NCBI GenBank assembly: GCA_964549305.1
Contig: CAZJVM010000004.1
Span: 13,205 to 77,204 of the forward strand
Origin: an uncultured bacterium
Lineage (GTDB): Bacteria > Schekmanbacteria > GWA2-38-11 > J061
Length of the DNA: 64,000 nt
Direction: 5' to 3'
The notes under the pieces are model-generated. The model was not told the DNA's origin. It made no database searches and saw only the letters and a program-made list of their open reading frames with translations. Below, one piece after another: positions 31,022 to 40,007 of this stretch. Position 1 is the stretch's first letter. Each line of letters begins with the position of its first letter. The position numbers and the translations under genes are program-made.

Positions 31022-32221
31022 ATGACTGAAGAATATTGCTACCCATTTACAAGAAAAAAACTCAGCGATTATTACGAAATGCTGTGGCGCTGCGCAAAGT
31101 GCGGTTATTGCCGCAATGTTTTCCCTTCTGATACCGAAGACGAAAGATTCGCAAGGCAATGCCCACCGGGCGAAAGATTCAGATTTGAGGCGTACTACGC
31201 ATCAGGACGTAACGAGATAACCAGAAAAATGATTGAAGGCAAGCAGAGTCTCACTCCTCGCCTCAGGCACATCCTCTACACGTGCACAACCTGTAATGCC
31301 TGCGAAGAATGGTGCGAAGTGACACAGGGCTTGAATACCTTAAAGATAATCAATGCCGTTAGAAAATATTTTGTCGAGCACGGTGGTGAACTTTTGCCTG
31401 GCCACGAAAAAATCATCAAAGGCATCAGGCGAAACCATAACCGCCTCAACAGAAATAACAGGGACAGGCGCGGATGGCTTGAAGATGCGGCATCCGAAAA
31501 AACTGAACAAGCCGATGTCGCCTATTTCGTAGGTTGCAGGTCATCGTTCAGAAGAACTGAAATAGCAAACAACGCCTACGAGCTTTTGACGAAAAAACTC
31601 GGTATCGGCATAACCTTTCTCGAGGACGAAAGATGCTGCGGAAGGCCATTGCTTGAAATAGGGGCGGAAAAGGACGCTTTTAAACTCATGTCCCACAATC
31701 TTGAAGAAATAAAAAAAACCGGCGTAAAAACTGTCCTCTTTACCTGCGCCGAATGTTTCTCTCTCTTCAACGACCTCGAACGCTACGGCTTTGAAAAAGA
31801 TTTTGAAACAATTCATATAAGCGAATATCTTGCAAGAGTGATAAAAGAAAAAGGTGTTTCCTTCAATGAAATGCCAAAAAAAGTAACATTTCACGACCCC
31901 TGCTATCTCGGAAGACATCAGGGCATTTATGAAGACCCGAGAAACGTAATCGCTTCCATTCCGGGCACCGAGCTTGTGGAAATGCCGAGAAACCGCAAAA
32001 ATGCCTGGTGCTGCGGCGCGGGAGGCGTGGTGAAGGAAGCATATCTCGATTACTCTCATTGGATTGCCGCGGAAAGATTCGAGGAGGTCAAAAAAACCGA
32101 AGCACAAATGCTTATTACTTCCTGTCCCGGGTGCAAAGAAAGCTTATGGGGACAGGCTAAAGTCAATAATGTCGAAATCTTTGACCTTGCTGAACTTATA
32201 AACAAACAGATTAAGGGTTGA
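31022..32221 (+). CDS. Fe-S protein with 4Fe-4S dicluster and two CCG domains (GlcF/HdrD/GlpC-like)
   Basis: CAKCGYC, CTTCNACEEWC, FVGC, CCG, CAEC, FHDPCYLGR, WCCGAGG, SCPGC. Confidence 0.9.
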   Translation: MTEEYCYPFTRKKLSDYYEMLWRCAKCGYCRNVFPSDTEDERFARQCPPGERFRFEAYYASGRNEITRKMIEGKQSLTPRLRHILYTCTTCNACEEWCEVTQGLNTLKIINAVRKYFVEHGGELLPGHEKIIKGIRRNHNRLNRNNRDRRGWLEDAASEKTEQADVAYFVGCRSSFRRTEIANNAYELLTKKLGIGITFLEDERCCGRPLLEIGAEKDAFKLMSHNLEEIKKTGVKTVLFTCAECFSLFNDLERYGFEKDFETIHISEYLARVIKEKGVSFNEMPKKVTFHDPCYLGRHQGIYEDPRNVIASIPGTELVEMPRNRKNAWCCGAGGVVKEAYLDYSHWIAAERFEEVKKTEAQMLITSCPGCKESLWGQAKVNNVEIFDLAELINKQIKG

Positions 32222-32224
32222 TAA

Positions 32225-33718
32225 ATGGAAGAGTTTACAAAGGAAAACAGCCGGATTCTCTTTGAGCTGGCCAATATAGTGGGAAACGAGTGGGTGTCAA
32301 ACGAACCGGAAATAATCTATGCCCATTCAAGAGACGTCAATATGTATCCTGACAACCTGTCTTCCGTTTTGAGACCGCCTCATTATGTGGTGCTTCCGGC
32401 AAATTCGGAAGAAGTCCAGAAAATAGTAAGCATAGCAAAAAACCACAAGATACCCATAACGGTCCAGACAACGGGACTGAACATTGCCGGAGTTTGCGTC
32501 CCTCCAAAGGGCGGCATTCTTATGGATATGAAACGACTGGACAAGATTTTGGAAATAGACGAAGTAAATTGCACGGCTACCATACAACCTTACGTAACCA
32601 TAGCTCGCCTTTCCTGCGAACTTCAAAAGAGAAAAATGTTCCTTCCTGTTCCGGGCAACCCCTCAACGGCAAGCGTTATTTCAAACATACTAGTAGGTCT
32701 CGGACTGAAAGTCACTAACCGTGTCGGAAGGCAGGAACAGGGAATCGTAGGGTTTAAAATGGTGCTTCCTGACGGAAGTTTCTTCAAGGTCGGTTCGGGC
32801 GCGGACCCCTTCATACCGAAAGATTTCTGGCCTCACGGACCGGGGCCCGACCTTCAGCTCTTTCCTGTACATTCCATAGGAACAACAGGAATAGTAACGG
32901 AAATGACTATTAAATGCTGGCTTCGCGGAGAAAAATACAAAGAACTCTGGGTGTCCTATGAAGATATAGACAATGCTGGGAAAGCTTTTGCGGAGCTTGC
33001 AAAAAAAGAAATCTGCAAGGGAATAAATCTTTACGGTGGAAATAAATATACTTCTTACGCCACAGACACCCGTGAAGCAATGGAAAGGATGATAAGGGCA
33101 AACCCGGAATTTCAGCTTGTCCTGTCAATGGAAGGCACGCAAAGAAGAATTGATTATGAAGAAAAAGTTGTAAGACAGACGGCTGAAAAAACCGGAGGAA
33201 TAATAATCACTGACAAATTCAAACCTTACGAAAGCTTCGAAGAATCTCACTTAGGAATGTCAGGAAGTTTTTATTCCGACTATTCAATGAAGTACTGGGG
33301 TTCAAGGGGTGCAAACTGGGTTGCAGCAGGTTTCCCGTCTCCTGAAAGAGTTGCTGATATGTACAAGGCATATTGTCAGGCGATAATGGACGACCCCGAA
33401 TATTCAGACCCGGATTTCGGCAACGGTGAATACTGGCGTTCGATTATCGCCTATCCCTATGAAGGAGGACATTATTTCTTTAACGAACACGGAATAGACA
33501 GCCATCCCGGAGACCCTAAATGGCAGGAAGTTGTCAAACGAATAGGTTCTGCAATACCCCGTTACGGAGCACAGCGAGGTCTGCTGATAATGGGATTTAA
33601 CCGCGCACCGAGGGAAGGCCTGCCACGCGTCACCGGTCCCTATTATGATGTCGCAAAGGGAATTAACAGCAAGCTTGACCCTGGGGGAATAATGCAGCCA
33701 GGATTCGTATTTCCTTAA
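32225..33718 (+). CDS. Second FAD-binding oxidoreductase (VAO/PCMH family)
   Basis: VVLPANSEEVQKIV, GGILMDMKRLDKILEID, GTTGIVTEMT, LDPGGIMQPG. Confidence 0.85.
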   Translation: MEEFTKENSRILFELANIVGNEWVSNEPEIIYAHSRDVNMYPDNLSSVLRPPHYVVLPANSEEVQKIVSIAKNHKIPITVQTTGLNIAGVCVPPKGGILMDMKRLDKILEIDEVNCTATIQPYVTIARLSCELQKRKMFLPVPGNPSTASVISNILVGLGLKVTNRVGRQEQGIVGFKMVLPDGSFFKVGSGADPFIPKDFWPHGPGPDLQLFPVHSIGTTGIVTEMTIKCWLRGEKYKELWVSYEDIDNAGKAFAELAKKEICKGINLYGGNKYTSYATDTREAMERMIRANPEFQLVLSMEGTQRRIDYEEKVVRQTAEKTGGIIITDKFKPYESFEESHLGMSGSFYSDYSMKYWGSRGANWVAAGFPSPERVADMYKAYCQAIMDDPEYSDPDFGNGEYWRSIIAYPYEGGHYFFNEHGIDSHPGDPKWQEVVKRIGSAIPRYGAQRGLLIMGFNRAPREGLPRVTGPYYDVAKGINSKLDPGGIMQPGFVFP

Positions 33719-33740
33719 CATAAAAAAAGAGAGGATAAAA

Positions 33741-34505
33741 ATGAGATTTGATCATGTTATTGTCAGACTGACTACTATCACAGGACCTGAATGGCTTATG
33801 GCTTACGCTCTTGTTGACCTGAATGATGATGTTGATATTGACGAATTCAGATTTAAAATGCCTGACCTTCTTGATTACCACCATGAAACAGAAAAGTATT
33901 TAGGTGGTGTCCCGGGAGATCTTTTCCTTGGATTTTTTGCCCACGGACAAACCCATCTGTTTGATGAAATAAGCAAAATTAAATCCTGGAAGGAGATTAA
34001 GCAGGTTAAAGAATGGGCAATCGTCAACTTTCCAACCACAAAGGTGAAGCTTTCAAAGCTTGACTGGAAAATTGTTAAAAGCCTTCGTACCGGCGCAGAA
34101 AAAACCCCGGAAACAATTGCAAAAGAGCTTGGTGAAAATCCTGAAATAGTGGCGAAACAGCTCGACTATATAAAAAATATTCCTCTAACTTTCCACATTG
34201 AACCTCCCAACAACAACAACTGGACATTTACGGAAATACACGTTGACTTCAAGGGAACGACTTTCAAGGAGAAGATGGAAGAACTTTCCAAAATAGGAAA
34301 ACCCTTCGGCGCAACAGGCAGTAATAGCCAGGGTGCCTTAATGGTTCAGCCTGAAACAGTGGAAGAACTGAAAACAATGATAAAGAAGATTTCAGACATT
34401 CCCGGTGTGCGCGTGACCGATTATGCCTTCTGCGAAGATATGATATGGAAACAACCCTGGCTCGATAAATTCATAGATGAACAGATTGAGCAGGCAGAAG
34501 GTTAA
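33741..34505 (+). CDS. Hypothetical protein with central Lrp/AsnC-like HTH
   Basis: LSKLDWKIVKSLRTGAEKTPETIAKELGENPEIVAKQL fits the AsnC HTH pattern; SD gagagga. Confidence 0.55.
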   Translation: MRFDHVIVRLTTITGPEWLMAYALVDLNDDVDIDEFRFKMPDLLDYHHETEKYLGGVPGDLFLGFFAHGQTHLFDEISKIKSWKEIKQVKEWAIVNFPTTKVKLSKLDWKIVKSLRTGAEKTPETIAKELGENPEIVAKQLDYIKNIPLTFHIEPPNNNNWTFTEIHVDFKGTTFKEKMEELSKIGKPFGATGSNSQGALMVQPETVEELKTMIKKISDIPGVRVTDYAFCEDMIWKQPWLDKFIDEQIEQAEG

Positions 34506-34590
34506 CTAAACAATCTTGTCAGATTATTTTTTTCTATATCCTCGTCACTAATAGTTTTTTGCATTCAACCTGTAAAATGAAAGGATTTTT

Positions 34591-35877
34591 ATGGCTGAAA
34601 CAGCAAAGAAGAAGTTCATGGGAGTGGAAATCCCGGAAGGCCTGAAAAAAGCCAATTTTCTTGCTCTTTTTCTGGGTACGACACTTGGAGGACTAGTTAC
34701 AAACTCTATTAACGCAATTCAGCACAGTTATTTGAAAGATTTTCTAAAAGTACCTCAGGAATCCTTCGGCACTGTAAGCGGTACATTAATGACTGTAGGA
34801 GAAATCGCGGCAATTATCTTCCTTTTTCTCTTTGGTGTAATCGCAGACAAGATAGGAAGAAAAACCGTTATTACAATCGGATATATTGGCGCGACATTTG
34901 CCTACCTCTTCTTTTTTCACAGCGTAGATATTGCCAATATGTTAGGCATAAACCCTCTGCCTTTAGCTTATGCAGGAAGATTTCTGATTGTTGCAACTGT
35001 TGCAGCCATCTGGGGCACATACATCATAGTCGCCGCAGACTATACAGATGAAGCAAACCGAGCAAAGGGTATGGGATTGAACGGTATATTCACGGGATTC
35101 GGTATGCTTCTGGCAATGGGAGTTTTTGCTTCTCTTCCAAATCAAATCGGCACAAGAAACACATTTTATTTTGTTGCCTGCCTTTCAGTTGCCTCACTTA
35201 TTTATGCCCGCATAGCACTTGTTGACCGATTTACCGCAGAAGAGAAGAAACCCGGCGATACGGGACAGGTTAGAAAAATAATCGATGCTCTTAAAAACTC
35301 TCCGCCCCTTGTAATGTGTTACGCGGCAAGATTTTTCGTAATGTCGGCGGTTATCACCGTAGGTACATTCATTTTTGTATGGGCAGTTAACGAAGCGCCC
35401 AACCTTGGCGTAAAACCGGAAGCGGCACAGATGAAAGTGGGAATGTTTATCGGGATATCAGGCCTTGTTGCATTTATAGGTTTTCCCGTATTTGCCATAA
35501 TGTGTGACAAACTCGGAAGATACGTTACTTTATCAATATCTCTCGGTCTTGCCGGAATATCACTAATCAGTTTCGGATTGATAGATAATCCGATTTCCTG
35601 GCCAATTCTTTTATGTATGATGGTTTTCTTCTTCAGTCAGGCGGGAATGCTTCTTTCATCGCAGACCCTCGCATCTGACCTTGCGCCAAAGGAAGTAATG
35701 GGAACGGTTCTCGGCGGATTAAATACCGTTGGACAGATCGGCGCCGCTGTTTTTTTCTCAGTTGACGGCATTGCAATGGATAAGATAAGCCCTCAAGCTC
35801 CCTACGTAATAATGGGTGTTTGCTGTATCCTTATGATAATCTGGGTCATGGGAATAGGCGTCAAAGTTAAAAAATAG
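34591..35877 (+). CDS. MFS transporter
   Basis: About 12 TM; GVIADKIGRK and MCDKLGR motif A repeats. Confidence 0.92.
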   Translation: MAETAKKKFMGVEIPEGLKKANFLALFLGTTLGGLVTNSINAIQHSYLKDFLKVPQESFGTVSGTLMTVGEIAAIIFLFLFGVIADKIGRKTVITIGYIGATFAYLFFFHSVDIANMLGINPLPLAYAGRFLIVATVAAIWGTYIIVAADYTDEANRAKGMGLNGIFTGFGMLLAMGVFASLPNQIGTRNTFYFVACLSVASLIYARIALVDRFTAEEKKPGDTGQVRKIIDALKNSPPLVMCYAARFFVMSAVITVGTFIFVWAVNEAPNLGVKPEAAQMKVGMFIGISGLVAFIGFPVFAIMCDKLGRYVTLSISLGLAGISLISFGLIDNPISWPILLCMMVFFFSQAGMLLSSQTLASDLAPKEVMGTVLGGLNTVGQIGAAVFFSVDGIAMDKISPQAPYVIMGVCCILMIIWVMGIGVKVKK

Positions 35878-35903
35878 ATACTTTCATATCAGTATTTTGA
35901 ATA

Positions 35904-35937
35904 AAAAAAGAGGTGAGAATTTTTCTCACCTCTTTTT
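35904..35937. terminator. Bidirectional terminator between MFS and fprA
   Basis: aaaaaagaggtgagaa/ttctcacctcttttt hairpin between convergent genes. Confidence 0.85.
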
Positions 35938-35955
35938 ACTTTTCTTCGGACTTTT

Positions 35956-37143
35956 TTACTGCTGTTTTATTCTGCAGGCAAGAATCTTTCCGATCTCCTC
36001 GAGCTTTTCAAAATCGCCGTTTAACGGAGGGCCGTTAACCTCACAGCTTCCCACAACTTCAACCTTCGCAAGCTCAAGGAGTTTAGTTACTTCCTTAACG
36101 GAACATCCGCCCCATCCGTAGGAACCCACAACAGCGGAATATTTAAGGGGAGGCCTGAATGCCCGAACAAGGCTTGCCGCATACAACGCGAGAGGATGGA
36201 TACCGGCCATAACCGTAGGTGAACCGATTACAATCGCTCTTGAATCGACAAGATCTTTTGCCACATCACCCGAGTCCGTCGCGGTAAGATTGTACATACT
36301 CACTTCAATACCTTCGGACAAGAGCTTTTCTGCCACCGCCTTAGCCATCTTCTCAGTAGACCCCCACATACTTACATAAGCAATAATGGCTTTCTCATCG
36401 GTTTCTCCGGCAGTCCATTTTTTATAAACAGAGATAATTTTGTCAGGGTTTCTGTAAACCGGACCATGGCTTGGGGCAATCATGGATACTTCCATTCCTT
36501 CGAGTTTATCCATCGCCTTCTTTCCAAGGGCCCTGAAGGGCATCATTATTTCACCATAATATTTTTGTGCGCCGCTTACTATATCTTTTACATCAGTATC
36601 AAAAACTCCCTTTGCAAAGTGGCTTCCGAAAAAGTCACAGGGAAAGAGAATTTTGTCTTCAACCAGATAAGTGAACATCGTTTCAGGCCAGTGAAGCCAG
36701 GGAGCATCTATAAATTTCAGGGTCTTGCCGCCAAGGTCAATGGTCTCGCCTTCCTTTACCTTGATAATTCTGTCTGCAGGAGCATTATGCATAACCTCCG
36801 CCATTTTTGCTCCCTTCTCGGAAGTAACGAGCTTCGTTTTGCCGCTCATCTCCAATACATAGGGAATTGCTCCTGCATGGTCCGGTTCGGCGTGATTCAT
36901 TACGATATAATCTATCTCTCCGTCACCGAGAAGCTGTTTTATCTTTCCGCCCAGTTCATCCTGAAAACAGGGTTTGATTGTCTCTATCAAAGCTGTCTTT
37001 TCGCTGCCCTTAACGATATACGAATTATAGCTTGTGCCATAGGGAGTAGGAATCAAAGCGTCAAAAAGCTTTAGGTCCCAATCCCTTGAGCCAACTGCAT
37101 ACACACCTTCCGAAATCTCAGGAATAGAATAGTTTTTCATCAT
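35956..37143 (-). CDS. fprA: Flavodiiron protein (class A, O2/NO reductase)
   Basis: GTSYNSY, NHAEPDHAG, HWPETM, CDFFGSH, PSHG, flavodoxin SMWGSTEKMA and GSYGW. Confidence 0.95.
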   Translation of the reverse strand: MMKNYSIPEISEGVYAVGSRDWDLKLFDALIPTPYGTSYNSYIVKGSEKTALIETIKPCFQDELGGKIKQLLGDGEIDYIVMNHAEPDHAGAIPYVLEMSGKTKLVTSEKGAKMAEVMHNAPADRIIKVKEGETIDLGGKTLKFIDAPWLHWPETMFTYLVEDKILFPCDFFGSHFAKGVFDTDVKDIVSGAQKYYGEIMMPFRALGKKAMDKLEGMEVSMIAPSHGPVYRNPDKIISVYKKWTAGETDEKAIIAYVSMWGSTEKMAKAVAEKLLSEGIEVSMYNLTATDSGDVAKDLVDSRAIVIGSPTVMAGIHPLALYAASLVRAFRPPLKYSAVVGSYGWGGCSVKEVTKLLELAKVEVVGSCEVNGPPLNGDFEKLEEIGKILACRIKQQ

Positions 37144-37173
37144 TTCTCACCTCTGTTATTTAACGATAAATCT

Positions 37174-37190
37174 TATTGGAATTTCCAATA
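37174..37190. promoter_or_regulatory. Palindromic operator candidate upstream of fprA
   Basis: TATTGGAA-T-TTCCAATA, about 30 bp upstream of the fprA start and downstream of a TTGACT -35 (37220-37215, minus strand). Confidence 0.55.
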
Positions 37191-37359
37191 CTTATGAACA
37201 ATAAAAATTTAAAAAGTCAAGGCAAAGCTCACTTTATACAGGAGTTTTTTAGTCCTGTATAAATATAAAAACGAGACATTTCTAATTTGCCTTTACAAAT
37301 TTTAAAAAAAAGTTTGACATTTCTGAGCCATTTATGTAAATGCCACGGAGAAACTGTAA

Positions 37360-37460
37360 ACAACTCCGAATTCAGTTACCTAATGTGCAGTTGCACGATG
37401 GTGCGGAATCGATAGGGTTATGCCGGAAACAGCATAGCCTCCCGTATTTGGAAAGGAGAA
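37360..37460 (+). ncRNA. Moco/Tuco RNA motif (putative molybdenum/tungsten cofactor riboswitch)
   Basis: Landmarks ACUCCGA...CCUAA...GAUGGU...UAGGG...GAAA-tetraloop P4 (37416-37439)...GCCUCCC...UGGAAAGGAG; P1 CUCC/GGAG covers the SD; lies upstream of tungstate transporter genes. Confidence 0.85.
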
Positions 37461-37465
37461 AAAAT

Positions 37466-37492
37466 ATGTTTTTTCACATTAGAAGCCGGTAA
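37466..37492 (+). CDS. Putative 8-aa leader peptide MFFHIRSR
   Basis: ATG 7 nt after the riboswitch SD (AAGGAG 37453-37458); its TAA lies in the 5' arm of the terminator. Confidence 0.5.
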   Translation: MFFHIRSR

Positions 37493-37524
37493 ACTGCTAA
37501 ACAGATTGCCGGCTTTTCTTTTTT
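37481..37524 (+). terminator. Intrinsic terminator/attenuator in the porin-tupABC leader
   Basis: agaagccggtaa (37481-92) pairs with ttgccggctttt (37506-17), followed by ctttttt. Confidence 0.8.
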
Positions 37525-37622
37525 AAGTCCTGCCGTACAAAAAATAATAAACTCACTTTCTGTTATTTCAGTTTTAATTTTAAAACTTACAAACCATTTA
37601 ATGTAAATGAGGAGGACCGTTT

Positions 37623-39110
37623 ATGAAAAGATATTTCAAGGCAGTTTTGTTATCAGCAGTATTCATTATATTATCGCCATTTTCATCATTTGCAGGGCAG
37701 AGCAGTCAGATAGAAGAACTCAAACAGCAGATGGAATCACTTAAACAGGAATATGAAGATAAATTCCAGCTTCTGCTTAACAAAATTGATGAGCTTAAAT
37801 CCCAGCAGGAAGCAAAAGATAATGAAAACAGAGAAAGAATTAAAAAAGAAGTTGAAAATATAAAAGCTGTTGCCGTGCAGAAAGATGAGGAAAGAAAAAA
37901 AGAAATCACAGATCTCAAAACTGCGCTTGAAGAACAAAAGAAAAAATCACTGCTTGCCGGCTTTGACGGAAAACACTTTACCCTTGGAAGTGCAGACGGC
38001 AACTTCAAACTTAATCTCGGCGGATATATGCAGACGGATTACCGCTACTATGAAGGCGGAGAAGACGCAAATAATAAAAACACCTTTGATGTAAGAAGAG
38101 CAAGACTTACTGCAAGCGGCAATATGTCTAAAAACATAAAGTACAAACTTCAGGCGGATTTCTCCGACGAGGTTGACGAGCTTCGCGATGCTTATGTAGA
38201 TTTAAACTACACTCCTTTAGCTGTCGTACGTGCAGGTCAGTTCAAAGTACCTTTTGGCTATGAGCAGGTAACATCTTCGACTACATTTGACTTTATAGAG
38301 CGTTCCGTTGCAGGCAATTTCATCGCCTCAACATCAAGAGATATAGGAGTAATGGTATTCGGTTCAGTCCTTGATAAACGCATTAATTACTACCTCGGAG
38401 CGTTTAACGGAACAGGTGAGAACATGACAGATGACAACGACAGCCTTACTTTCATAGGAAGACTTCTCTTTTCTCCATTTGCGGATAATGAAGATTCCGT
38501 ACTTCAGGGCCTGACATTCGGCGGTTCATTCTCCGGCGGAGACAGAGAAGCACACAGTTCAAGATCAATTACTCTTGCAGCATTAAATAAAATATCCAAC
38601 ACTGTAACCGTCAACGGACAGCGCACGAGAGCAGCAGCCGAAGCAAGATACTTCAACGGACCTTTTTCCCTTAAAGGCGAGTATTACTACCAGAGAGAGG
38701 AAAGAAACAACATTGGTGGCACTGATTTCGAAGATCTCATCACGCAGGGTTTTTACGGCATAGCAACATACGTTCTTACAGGTGAAAAGAAGGTCGACAA
38801 CGCAAATATCGTTCCTACGCACAACTTCAACCCTTCAACAGGCGAATGGGGCGCATTCGAGCTTGCGACAAGATACTCCTATTTTGACCTTGATAAAGCA
38901 AGCGGCACGGACCCTGTGCTTACAGATGAAAATATTGCGGCAAATACAGTTCAGGGCGTCACATTCGCGCTTAACTGGTATTTCAACAAATACCTGAAGC
39001 TTATGGCTGATTATTCCTTCTTCGATTTTGACAGGCAGGAGAACCTCTCACATCCTTCAATCGGAGACTCGACAAATCAGTTTTCCGCGCGCCTTCAGGT
39101 TAAGTTTTAA
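37623..39110 (+). CDS. OprO/OprP-family anion-selective porin with N-terminal coiled coil
   Basis: Signal peptide; FDVRRARL, LRDAYV, GQFKVPFG.E, FIERS, GAFELATRYS, LNWY; ends in Phe (QVKF). Confidence 0.85.
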   Translation: MKRYFKAVLLSAVFIILSPFSSFAGQSSQIEELKQQMESLKQEYEDKFQLLLNKIDELKSQQEAKDNENRERIKKEVENIKAVAVQKDEERKKEITDLKTALEEQKKKSLLAGFDGKHFTLGSADGNFKLNLGGYMQTDYRYYEGGEDANNKNTFDVRRARLTASGNMSKNIKYKLQADFSDEVDELRDAYVDLNYTPLAVVRAGQFKVPFGYEQVTSSTTFDFIERSVAGNFIASTSRDIGVMVFGSVLDKRINYYLGAFNGTGENMTDDNDSLTFIGRLLFSPFADNEDSVLQGLTFGGSFSGGDREAHSSRSITLAALNKISNTVTVNGQRTRAAAEARYFNGPFSLKGEYYYQREERNNIGGTDFEDLITQGFYGIATYVLTGEKKVDNANIVPTHNFNPSTGEWGAFELATRYSYFDLDKASGTDPVLTDENIAANTVQGVTFALNWYFNKYLKLMADYSFFDFDRQENLSHPSIGDSTNQFSARLQVKF

Positions 39111-39141
39111 ACAAACTTAAAATTAAATAAGGAAAATACAA

Positions 39142-39972
39142 ATGAAAATAAGATATAGATTTAATATCTTTTCAATTACTGTAATATTCGTTTTTGCTTT
39201 CGCTCTGCTATTTACTGCGCAGGTCAAGGCGGAAACAAGACTTAAAATGAGCACCACGACAAGCACTGAAAACTCAGGGCTGCTCTCTGTCCTTATCCCC
39301 CCCTTCGAAAAGGATAACGGTATTAAAGTGGATGTAATTGCCGTCGGGACAGGAGCAGCTTTGAAGCTTGGAGAAAACGGAGATGTAGATGTCGTCTTTG
39401 TCCATTCACGCCCTGATGAAGATAAATTTGTCAGCGACGGGTTCGGAGTTTACCGTAAGGACGTTATGCACAATGATTTTGTAGTATTAGGTCCAAAAAA
39501 AGACCCTGCCGGGGTAAAGGGTTCGGTTTCAGCCTCAGAAGCTTTCAAAAAAATCTCTGAAACAGCATCACCATTTGTCTCAAGGGGCGACAATTCAGGC
39601 ACCCACAAGAAGGAATTAATTGTATGGAAAAGTGCCGGAATTGACCCGAAAGGCAAATGGTATATAGAGGCAGGTCAGGGAATGGGTGCCGTTCTTCAGA
39701 TAGCAGATGAAAAGCAGGGCTACACACTTTCAGACAGAGGAACGTATCTTGCCTACAAGGATAAAATAGATATCTCAATAGTTTTTGAAGGAGATAAGGC
39801 ATTATTCAATCCTTACGGGATTATTGCAGTTAACCCTGAAAAACATCCGCATACTAAGTTTGAACTTGCAAAAAAACTGGTTGATTTTATAACCGGTCCC
39901 AAGGGTCAGAAAATTATAAAAGATTTTAAAATTAACGGCGAACAGCTTTTTTATCCCGATGCTGTTAAATAA
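39142..39972 (+). CDS. tupA: Tungstate ABC transporter substrate-binding protein
   Basis: TTTS signature (MSTTTSTENSGLL), AVGTGAAL, SRGDNSGTH, GQGMG, YTLSDRGT. Confidence 0.93.
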   Translation: MKIRYRFNIFSITVIFVFAFALLFTAQVKAETRLKMSTTTSTENSGLLSVLIPPFEKDNGIKVDVIAVGTGAALKLGENGDVDVVFVHSRPDEDKFVSDGFGVYRKDVMHNDFVVLGPKKDPAGVKGSVSASEAFKKISETASPFVSRGDNSGTHKKELIVWKSAGIDPKGKWYIEAGQGMGAVLQIADEKQGYTLSDRGTYLAYKDKIDISIVFEGDKALFNPYGIIAVNPEKHPHTKFELAKKLVDFITGPKGQKIIKDFKINGEQLFYPDAVK

Positions 39973-40007
39973 GGAATTAAACCGGTTCTTCAAAAAAATG
40001 AGCAGAG

